Positions 17,998 to 24,492 of a stretch of DNA of 62,875 nucleotides are shown piece by piece (positions within the stretch are counted from its first letter, which is position 1; each line of letters opens with the position of its first letter). A program made the position numbers and the translations under genes. The notes below the pieces were generated by a model. The model worked only from the letters and a program-made list of their open reading frames with translations. It was not told the origin of the DNA and searched no databases. Source of the DNA: a virus; the IMG/VR virus record IMGVR_UViG_3300030739_000001, one strand, 5' to 3'.

Positions 17998-19673
17998 ACG
18001 ACGAGCAACTCGTAGTCGTCGCCGATGTTCATGGAGGCCGGCGCGAGGCTCATGAGGCTCACCGCGTTGAACGTGGCGCACAGCGGGTCGATCTTGGCGG
18101 TGCCGCTGGCCTGCTTGGTGACCACGACTGCGTTGCCGCGGGGCTCGACCTTCGCATTGCCCGTGCACCACGTCATCAGCGGCTGGCCGCCGTGGCGGAG
18201 CTTGCCCTCGGCGACGTGCCGCTCGGTCGTCTTGATGGCGCCGGTCAGCTTCCAGCCCTGCGAGATGCCGACGATGCGCTCGATCGGGATGCCGACCTCC
18301 TCGAGGGCCTCCACGATGGCGGAGATGCCGGCCGGGTCGACGCCGATCTTGTCCAGCACGCCCTTGGCCTCGCACTGCTCCACGATCTCCACGACCTGCT
18401 CCACGTCCTGGCCGATGCGCTCCACGAGGGTCAGGTCGCCGTCCTCCGCGAACTGCTGCAGGCGGGCCGCCTCGGCCTGCTGGCGCTCCAGCACGATGGG
18501 GTGGGCCCATGCGTGCGTCCACAGCAGCCACTCGCCGGTCGCGCCGTCGCGCCCGAGCACCGCCAGGCCCAGCAAGTCGTCCAGGCCGCCGCCGTCGATG
18601 CCGATCGTGACCACCTCCGACCGGCGCAGGATCTCCTCGAGCGAGACGAGCGTGGGATCGATGGCGGCAAGCCAGAACTCGGCGCCCGGCCATCGATCGG
18701 CGCGCAGGTTCATGCCGATCTCGACGTTCAGGTGCTTGGCCAGGAACCCGCGCAGCGAGTGCTCACCGGCCGCGATGGCCTTGCCGAGCTCGCGCACGAG
18801 GTAGGCGTTGTCGACGCTTGCACCGAGATTCGGGTTCGTCACATAGAAGTTCTCGACCAGCCGCTCCTGCTTGGCTTGGATCATCTCGGGCGGGAACTCG
18901 TAGAGGATCGGCAGCATCTGCGGGTCCACGATCTCGCCGTCGCGCACCTGGCGCGCGTAGTCCAGCTTCTGCTTGAACACGCCGGCCGGCGGCGCGTCGG
19001 ACTGCGTGGTCAGGTAGATGACGAATCCCTCGGGGCGGCTGGCCAGGCCGCCGGTCGCCTCGCGCAGCATGTTCTCGGCGTCCGCGCGCTTGCCGAACAG
19101 CCACAGCTCGTCCACGAGGACGCCCGTGGCCTTCTTGCCGCCCACCGTGTCGTTCTCGGCCGCGATCACCTTGAGCGTGGCGCCCGTGTGGATGTTGGTG
19201 ATGGTGCGGATGTTGTCCTGCACCTTGTACGTCTTCATCAGCTCCGCGTCCGCGCGCACCATGGCCGCGGCCGGCCCGAACGAGTTGTTGGCGATCTCGA
19301 CCGTGGGCGACAGGATCAGGTACTCGGCCTCGTCACGCCAGTTGAGGATCAGCGCGGTGAGCATGATGCCGGCCGCGTAGCTGGACTTGCCGTTCTTCTT
19401 AGAGATCAGCAGGAGGTACTCGGTGATGAGCCGGCGGCCGGCGTCGGCGTCGTAGCTGCCGAAAATGGCGCTCACGAAGTCCAGCGTCCACTGGCGTGCG
19501 ATGGCGCCGAGCGTCGGCGCGCCACCTACGTCGACCGCGCGCAGGCCGGTGAAGATGTCCAGGGCGGCCTGCGCTTCGGAAGGGAACAGCGGGGGGAACG
19601 AGATCAGCGACCGCTGCTCGACGACGCGCTCTTTCCAGTCGAGGAGCGAGGTCGTCCAGATCGGCGGCGTCAT
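17994..19673 (-). CDS. terL: Terminase large subunit
   Basis: Start MTPPIWTTSLLDWKERV at 19673 in an ATGA overlap. Reads ..LLLISKKNGKSSYAAG..VLVDELW.. Confidence 0.85.
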   Translation of the reverse strand: MTPPIWTTSLLDWKERVVEQRSLISFPPLFPSEAQAALDIFTGLRAVDVGGAPTLGAIARQWTLDFVSAIFGSYDADAGRRLITEYLLLISKKNGKSSYAAGIMLTALILNWRDEAEYLILSPTVEIANNSFGPAAAMVRADAELMKTYKVQDNIRTITNIHTGATLKVIAAENDTVGGKKATGVLVDELWLFGKRADAENMLREATGGLASRPEGFVIYLTTQSDAPPAGVFKQKLDYARQVRDGEIVDPQMLPILYEFPPEMIQAKQERLVENFYVTNPNLGASVDNAYLVRELGKAIAAGEHSLRGFLAKHLNVEIGMNLRADRWPGAEFWLAAIDPTLVSLEEILRRSEVVTIGIDGGGLDDLLGLAVLGRDGATGEWLLWTHAWAHPIVLERQQAEAARLQQFAEDGDLTLVERIGQDVEQVVEIVEQCEAKGVLDKIGVDPAGISAIVEALEEVGIPIERIVGISQGWKLTGAIKTTERHVAEGKLRHGGQPLMTWCTGNAKVEPRGNAVVVTKQASGTAKIDPLCATFNAVSLMSLAPASMNIGDDYELLVV

Positions 19674-19996
19674 GCGCCGCCGGCCGCGCGCCGCGCCGCC
19701 TCGATCGCCGTCTTGGCCCTGTGGCACGGTTTGCACAGGCTCTGCAGGTTGTGGTCCGCGTCAGTGCCACCCTCCCACACCGGGGTCCTGTGATCGCAGT
19801 CCGTGGCCAGCACGAAGCGGCCCGCGGCCGTGCAGAGCACGCACATGCCGCAGTCGCGCGTCATGATGCGGTGCTTGATCTGGCGCCACTTGTGGCCCGT
19901 GACCGTGCGCTCGTGCCCGTGGGCGCCGCCGGCCGCGGCGAGGCGCGACGGCGGCGCCGCACCGACGCGCGGCTTGAGGCATGTGAGGCGGCTCAT
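19670..19996 (-). CDS. HNH endonuclease, terminase-associated
   Basis: 108 aa. Reads CVLC..DCDHRTPVWEGGTDADHNLQSLCKPCHRAKT. Confidence 0.8.
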   Translation of the reverse strand: MSRLTCLKPRVGAAPPSRLAAAGGAHGHERTVTGHKWRQIKHRIMTRDCGMCVLCTAAGRFVLATDCDHRTPVWEGGTDADHNLQSLCKPCHRAKTAIEAARRAAGGA

Positions 19997-20472
19997 GTCT
20001 TGCCGACCACGGAGAGCGGGGCGCGGCCGGGTGCGTACTTGTTGCCTGGCTTCACCGCATCCGCCGCGTCGAGCAGCCTCTGCTCCTTGACGCCGACTTT
20101 CTTGGCGGCCTCGCCGGGCTTGACATCCACGTAGCCGATGGCGACCTGCGCGGCGCGGTCGCGGCGCTCGGCCGACACGCGGGGGTCGCGCATCAAGGTC
20201 AAGAAGTAGTCCTTGGGCCCGATGTCGGCCGGCATCTCGGGCGTGTAGGCCGCGGGCGCCTGCTTGGGCAAGATCTGCTCGCCGGCCGGCGCCGACTTCG
20301 GCAGGATCGCGTCACCCACGGGTTGTTGGCCGCCGGGCAGCGACTGGCCCAGCGCGGCAGCGCGCGCGGCGCGCTCTGCGTTGCTCGGACGGCCGCGTTT
20401 GCGCGGCGGCTCCGTCGTCTCCACCAGTTTCTTCTTCCGCCCCGACCCTGGGCGGGCTCCGCCGTTCATCAT
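19993..20472 (-). CDS. terS: Putative terminase small subunit
   Basis: Start MMNGGARPGSGRKKKLVE at 20472. It has a basic N-terminus and sits directly upstream of the HNH and TerL genes. Confidence 0.5.
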   Translation of the reverse strand: MMNGGARPGSGRKKKLVETTEPPRKRGRPSNAERAARAAALGQSLPGGQQPVGDAILPKSAPAGEQILPKQAPAAYTPEMPADIGPKDYFLTLMRDPRVSAERRDRAAQVAIGYVDVKPGEAAKKVGVKEQRLLDAADAVKPGNKYAPGRAPLSVVGKT

Positions 20473-20500
20473 GACTTTTTCGCTCCGTAAATTGGGGTAA

Positions 20501-20529
20501 ATACTGACATTTAACGAATTAGATGTCAA
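20501..20529 (-). promoter_or_regulatory. TTCGTT-box promoter-like element TTGACA-N17-CAGTAT upstream of terS
   Basis: The minus strand reads gaaTTGACAtctaattcgttaaatgtCAGTATttacc. Confidence 0.5.
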
Positions 20530-20758
20530 TTCAGCGCGGAAACAACGCTTTTTCAGTTTGATCGATTTTTGGTGTGCAACAGCGGACAAGCGCGAAATCC
20601 GGGTCAAAAGCCGTGAGGATTCGGTGCGCCCCGGGGTCTGTGTGCCTGCAGAGGCGTCGTATCGTGCGTTTGCCGCGTTTCGCGTGATTAGGCTAGGTAC
20701 GTAGCCAAACGACTGCGACGCAGCCACGCTGCTCCTATCGCGTCGGTCGCAATTCCGC

Positions 20759-20792
20759 ACGGCAAATTGCGGCAAATCCGGCAATTTGCCGC
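20759..20792. promoter_or_regulatory. Cluster of three overlapping GGCAA-N-TTGCC operator-like palindromes
   Basis: Reads cacGGCAAATTGCGGCAAATCCGGCAATTTGCCgcacgg. Confidence 0.5.
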
Positions 20793-20797
20793 ACGGC

Positions 20798-20890
20798 GCG
20801 CACCTGGCGCGCAGGCTGCACGACCTGGCGCGCGTGCGATCTGGTGTCTAGTGGCGTGCGAGCTGGCGCGCTCTATCTGTGGCGCGCGCT
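20798..20890. repeat. Five copies of TGGCG(C/T)GC in about 90 bp; candidate terminase (cosB-like) or regulator sites
   Basis: The copies read acCTGGCGCGCa, acCTGGCGCGCg, agTGGCGTGCg, agCTGGCGCGCt and tgTGGCGCGCg. Confidence 0.4.
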
Positions 20891-20928
20891 GCATGCGGTG
20901 CAGACAGCACGACCTAGGGTTTGCCCTA

Positions 20929-20974
20929 GTTCAATCTAGTTCGTTGCAACGTACATTCCATTCATCGCAACGAA
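20929..20974 (+). promoter_or_regulatory. TTCGTTGC / GCAACGAA inverted repeat with a TACATT -10-like hexamer upstream of the plus-strand small-gene island
   Basis: Reads ctagTTCGTTGCAACGTACATTccattcatcGCAACGAAcc. Confidence 0.4.
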
Positions 20975-20992
20975 CCGACCAAGGCAGGCAAC

Positions 20993-21154
20993 ATGACCCG
21001 CAGATTGCAGAAACTGATCCGTGAATCGTTCGCACCGTATTGCGTGATCGACTCCTACGGCACGGAGATCTATACGTGGACCAAGTCGGACGCATTCGAT
21101 TGGCTCAATTACTGCGCTGCTGACGCGGTCGTGCTGCATCGGGGTTTCCAGTGA
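20993..21154 (+). CDS. Hypothetical small protein (53 aa), not in the track
   Basis: Hand translation MTRRLQKLIRESFAPYCVIDSYGTEIYTWTKSDAFDWLNYCAADAVVLHRGFQ. Confidence 0.45.
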   Translation: MTRRLQKLIRESFAPYCVIDSYGTEIYTWTKSDAFDWLNYCAADAVVLHRGFQ

Positions 21155-21276
21155 TCCTCACATTCACGGATCAGGTAGAGGCGTTCCAGTGTTATGCCTC
21201 TCTGCTGCGCGCCCAGCGCGTGGTTCACCTCGTCACGCATTCGGACGCGACGTATAGCGTTCACTGCGCCGACTAA
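21151..21276 (+). CDS. Hypothetical small protein (41 aa), not in the track
   Basis: GTG start in a GTGA overlap. Reads ILTFTDQVEAFQCYASLLRAQRVVHLVTHSDATYSVHCAD. Confidence 0.35.
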   Translation: MILTFTDQVEAFQCYASLLRAQRVVHLVTHSDATYSVHCAD

Positions 21277-21291
21277 TTCGTTAAATATCAC
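21273..21291 (+). promoter_or_regulatory. TTCGTT-box copy (CTAATTCGTTAAATATCAC) abutting the ATG at 21293
   Basis: Fifteen nt are identical to the box at 43830-43844, but no -10 follows it. Confidence 0.35.
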
Positions 21292-21292
21292 C

Positions 21293-21463
21293 ATGGCAAC
21301 GATGAAATCCCTCGCAATCCAAATGCAAGAGAAACGCGCAACCTGCGTTGTCCTCGTGCCGTTTGGCAAAACCCGATTCTTTAAATATCGCGTGCAAGCA
21401 ATTGCATATCACGCCATCCAGCGCGCTGCAGGTAAGCCCGCATCTATCTTCCCGGGAGTTTGA
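21293..21463 (+). CDS. Hypothetical small protein (56 aa)
   Basis: MATMKSLAIQMQEKRATCVVLVPFGKTRFF.., an internal start of track ORF 21194..21463. Confidence 0.45.
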   Translation: MATMKSLAIQMQEKRATCVVLVPFGKTRFFKYRVQAIAYHAIQRAAGKPASIFPGV

Positions 21464-21467
21464 AATC

Positions 21468-22055
21468 ATGGCAAACGACAAGTCTTATAACGGTTGGTCC
21501 AATTACGAAACGTGGTGCGCCAGTCTGTGGCTTACCGGAAATGACGCGTCCGTCGCGGGCATGGTTTCGGAAATGGCGCGCGAGCACCTGCAGGATGCAA
21601 TCGACCGGGAAAATTCCAACGATGACGCGGTTTCCACGCTTGCCGATGCGCTGAGCGAGTACGTCGACGAAAACGCGCCGGAAATGAGCGCCTCGCTCTA
21701 CGCCGACATGCTGCGCGCCGCGCTGTCTGAGGTCGACTGGCGCGAGATCGCGCAAAGCGAATTGAGCGAGATCCGCGTTTACTGCGCAGGCTGGAATATG
21801 CCGGGTTACATGCCGGACAGCCAGCCGGCGCAGTTTCTGGACGCGGACGATGCGCGCAGTTACCTCGCCGATCAAATGCGCGAGGATATGGATGATTTGG
21901 ACAATGACGAATCGGACGACGACTCGCAGCGCGATCCCGTGGCGACCGAATTGCGCGAACAGGCCGATTTGCTGGACGCGTCCAGCGCAGAGGACTCCGC
22001 AGCGGAGTACGGTCGCACCATCGGAAAAACGCATTATTTCCTGACGCTGGCCTAA
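21468..22055 (+). CDS. Strongly acidic protein with an N-terminal W-x-N-x-ETW..LW..ND motif; candidate DNA-mimic or anti-restriction protein
   Basis: MANDKSYNGWSNYETWCASLWLTGND.., with a C-terminal acidic run DMDDLDNDESDDDSQRD. Confidence 0.6.
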   Translation: MANDKSYNGWSNYETWCASLWLTGNDASVAGMVSEMAREHLQDAIDRENSNDDAVSTLADALSEYVDENAPEMSASLYADMLRAALSEVDWREIAQSELSEIRVYCAGWNMPGYMPDSQPAQFLDADDARSYLADQMREDMDDLDNDESDDDSQRDPVATELREQADLLDASSAEDSAAEYGRTIGKTHYFLTLA

Positions 22056-22144
22056 CCCATGCGCCACGCCTACACCATTCTTTCCATCGCGCGCCGTCAC
22101 CCGGTGTTGTTCGCGCGCATGAATCACCAACGGAGTAACTGAGC

Positions 22145-22777
22145 ATGCAAACGACTATCCCGTTTCAGGGTTTCTACAATTCCATCCATGATGGCGAATT
22201 GGACAACTGCCTAGAACAGGCATTCTCTGACGACTTCGGCGAGGCGAATACCGCGCTACTCAATCGCGCGTTTGACGCGGTCCAGTGGTCAGTGGTGCAC
22301 GCGGAATACGCGGCCAAATACGCGGCTGGGTTCGCAGAGCTGGCGGGTTTGAAAACCCTGAAGTTTGCCGAGCTGGTTAGCCCACGTGAATATAATTTCA
22401 CGACGGATCGCATTTTCTGCGAAGTCGATATTGTCGACGTACGCGCCGCGCTGGCGCGACTGCCTGCCGATGCGCTCGCCGACAAAGCCGCAGAGCGTTT
22501 CACGTCGCGCAGTGGGTTCATGTCTTACTATTCCCCCGATGTCGAATCATGGGGCGCGCTGGAAACGTGGGACTGCAACCAAGTCGGCACGATTCTGGAA
22601 TGTCTCGCCGATACGCTGGCGCACGATAACAACCAGTGGGACCAATGGGACGAGTATTCCCTGTGCGAGGACTTCAGCGGCAACGGGAATATCGATAACT
22701 GGCTGTTCGCCGCGCCCGCGATGGGACGACTGGGCAAAGTGAGCTACTACCTGCGCCAGCGCGCGGAAAGGGGTTGA
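22145..22777 (+). CDS. Hypothetical protein (210 aa) with a second ETW motif
   Basis: GGAG RBS. Reads MQTTIPFQGFYNSIHDGELDN..REYNFTTDRIF..WGALETWDCNQ. Confidence 0.65.
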   Translation: MQTTIPFQGFYNSIHDGELDNCLEQAFSDDFGEANTALLNRAFDAVQWSVVHAEYAAKYAAGFAELAGLKTLKFAELVSPREYNFTTDRIFCEVDIVDVRAALARLPADALADKAAERFTSRSGFMSYYSPDVESWGALETWDCNQVGTILECLADTLAHDNNQWDQWDEYSLCEDFSGNGNIDNWLFAAPAMGRLGKVSYYLRQRAERG

Positions 22778-22781
22778 CCCC

Positions 22782-22892
22782 ATGCGCCGCGCGCTCGCTA
22801 TCCCCCTCGCAGTCGTCGCACTGCCGTTCGTGCTGCTGTGGCTGCTGTGGGTGGCATTCACGTTCACGCTGCACGCACTGACGCAAGATTGA
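22782..22892 (+). CDS. Possible small membrane peptide (36 aa)
   Basis: Hand translation MRRALAIPLAVVALPFVLLWLLWVAFTFTLHALTQD. Confidence 0.3.
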   Translation: MRRALAIPLAVVALPFVLLWLLWVAFTFTLHALTQD

Positions 22893-22952
22893 CGGTTTCA
22901 GAGACTGCGCCACGCGCTGGCGCAGCACTGTGCAACCCGATAGGACGACCTC

Positions 22953-23180
22953 ATGACTTACCTTGGAACGGCCGGCATGCGCTCGCGCGACCTGGCGACC
23001 ATCCGCAACGGACTGCATGAACGCGGCCCGTGGCTCGAGATCAGCGCGGGCGGCCCGCTCGACGCACCGGACGTGATGCCGGCCGGCGCGATGAACTCGA
23101 CCGAATCGCGGCGCGGTCCGTGGCACCTGAACAACGGCGCGGGGCAAGCGACTCCGTCACAGTCTGAGTGCGCGCGATGA
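22953..23180 (+). CDS. Hypothetical protein (75 aa)
   Basis: Track ORF with an AGGA about 9 nt upstream. Confidence 0.4.
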   Translation: MTYLGTAGMRSRDLATIRNGLHERGPWLEISAGGPLDAPDVMPAGAMNSTESRRGPWHLNNGAGQATPSQSECAR

Positions 23181-23383
23181 GAAAGGCCGACTATCAGGCG
23201 CTGGCGCACGTCATCGCGCGCACTCGTGGCGGCGCGCTGCAAGGCGCGCAGGCAACCAACGATGACGCGCACCAGGCCGCATGCCTGACGCGCGCGCAGG
23301 CCGCAGAGGACATCGCGCGGGACTTCGCGCGCGTCGCAAGCATCGAAAAGACTTCGTTTCTGCACGCCTGCGGCATAGACTAG
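23177..23383 (+). CDS. Hypothetical protein (68 aa)
   Basis: Start MRKADYQALAHVIAR in an ATGA overlap. Confidence 0.45.
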   Translation: MRKADYQALAHVIARTRGGALQGAQATNDDAHQAACLTRAQAAEDIARDFARVASIEKTSFLHACGID

Positions 23384-23437
23384 CCGCGCCATCCAATCCG
23401 AACGGTCCACCGGGACCGCATAAACCGAAACGCCTAG

Positions 23438-23477
23438 GGGCCCGCACTGTTCACGCAGTGCGGGCCCTTTTTGCTTT
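23438..23477 (+). terminator. Rho-independent terminator
   Basis: GGGCCCGCACTG-ttcacg-CAGTGCGGGCCC followed by TTTTTGCTTT; perfect 12-bp stem. Confidence 0.8.
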
Positions 23478-23487
23478 GGAGCACGAG

Positions 23488-23772
23488 ATGGGCAAGAGAT
23501 TTCCGCACGATCCAGCGAGCGCGCAGCACGCGCCGAACGGTGCAACGCACTTCACCAGCTACAGCGGCGCGCGCGGCGCGCTGATCCAAGCCTGCCCCGT
23601 TGTCGCCCACGGAAAACCGCTGACGGTCTACGCCACGGACCGCGATGGCGGGGCGTGCACCCGGATCCGCGGGGCGTACGTGGCCGGGCGGGTCGAATGG
23701 GGTGCAGCGGGGCCAGCGTTCATACCTCGCGCCGGGGCGGAACAGGCCCAAAACGAGGCGATCGGCACCTAG
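23488..23772 (+). CDS. Hypothetical protein (94 aa)
   Basis: MGKRFPHDPASAQHAPNGATHF.., an internal start of track ORF 23281..23772. Confidence 0.45.
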   Translation: MGKRFPHDPASAQHAPNGATHFTSYSGARGALIQACPVVAHGKPLTVYATDRDGGACTRIRGAYVAGRVEWGAAGPAFIPRAGAEQAQNEAIGT

Positions 23773-23960
23773 GCAAGGGGTCGGTAGCCCGGCGCGATCC
23801 GCGGCGCGCAGGCGATCCATGCCTAGGCAGTCACATCAAACGCACGGATCGGCCTGGCGCAGAGGGGTGTCCGGGCGCCACAGGGGTCGGCATTCGCAAG
23901 GGGGTGCTTAGGATTTTTCCTGGAGGCAAACGATAGGCACTAGAAATTCCAAGGGGCCCG

Positions 23961-23989
23961 TTGACTTCGTTGCATCGAACAGCGATCAT
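23961..23989 (+). promoter_or_regulatory. Orphan TTCGTT-box promoter-like element TTGACT-N17-GATCAT, pointing into ORF-free DNA
   Basis: gTTGACTTCGTTgcatcgaacagcGATCATc has the same architecture as 58901-58929. Confidence 0.45.
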
Positions 23990-24113
23990 CGGGGCCTTCC
24001 CGCTTGTGGCGCTCGTCGCAAGCAACGCAGGTTGACCACGCGGTCAGCTTCGCAGGCCAAGCCGGCGCAATGCCAGCAAACGAATCGGCCGCTACCTACC
24101 CTGATCGAACGTT

Positions 24114-24268
24114 TACTCCACTACTCCACTCCACTCCACGTTTTTCGGAGTTTTCCCGGGACAGCCGTCGGCAATTGCCGCACACACCACAAAGCCCTGG
24201 GATCCCTCTACAGCCCTTCTCTCTCCTCCTCTCTCTATATATATAGAGTAGAGTGGAGTAGTGGAGTA
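24114..24268. repeat. Origin-like element: 18-bp perfect inverted repeats of TACTCCAC iterons flanking a polypyrimidine tract and a 16-bp TA palindrome
   Basis: TACTCCACTACTCCACTC at 24114-24131 pairs with GAGTGGAGTAGTGGAGTA at 24251-24268. An all-pyrimidine tract spans 24214-24236. CTCTATATATATAGAG is at 24233-24248. Confidence 0.55.
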
Positions 24269-24325
24269 GAGAGGGAGTTAAGCCTTGCAAATCAAGGACT
24301 TACAAATTGCCGCAAATTGTGAATC

Positions 24326-24347
24326 TACTCCACTCGGCACTCCACTC
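24326..24347 (+). repeat. Two further direct ACTCCACTCG iteron copies
   Basis: Reads tACTCCACTCGgcACTCCACTCGct. Confidence 0.5.
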
Positions 24348-24423
24348 GCTCCGCGTGGTCGTCGGCAAATTGCGGAGGGTCACGGCAAATTGCCACCCCT
24401 CTAGAAAGTTTGAGCCGGGCGTG

Positions 24424-24444
24424 AAAAAGCCGCTCGTAAGCGGC
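24424..24444 (-). terminator. Rho-independent terminator after the primase-helicase gene
   Basis: The minus strand reads GCCGCT-tacg-AGCGGC followed by TTTTTCAC. Confidence 0.6.
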
Positions 24445-24492
24445 AATTTGGAGATCGGAGCGGCTGGACTGGAGTACGACCGGGGTGTTTCG

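Larger units (their letters stand above)
24169..24450. promoter_or_regulatory. Second cluster of five or six GGCAA(A)TTGCC operator-like sites
   Basis: CGGCAATTGCCG at 24169-80, CAAATTGCCGCAAATTG at 24303-19, CGGCAAATTGCGG at 24363-75, CGGCAAATTGCCA at 24383-95 and GCGGCAATTTGG at 24439-50. Confidence 0.5.

Noticed and set aside
22059-22142. A 27-aa ORF (MRHAYTILSIARRHPVLFARMNHQRSN) in the gap before 22145.
   Set aside because: It has no RBS and a basic, low-complexity composition. The stretch more likely just supplies the GGAG RBS for the next gene.
24004-24322. Plus-strand ORFs 24004..24246 and 24032..24322, and minus-strand ORF 24096..24290, in the convergent gap.
   Set aside because: They start at non-ATG codons, have no RBS, and are composed largely of the iteron, polypyrimidine and TA-palindrome repeats. 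I treat the region as non-coding.
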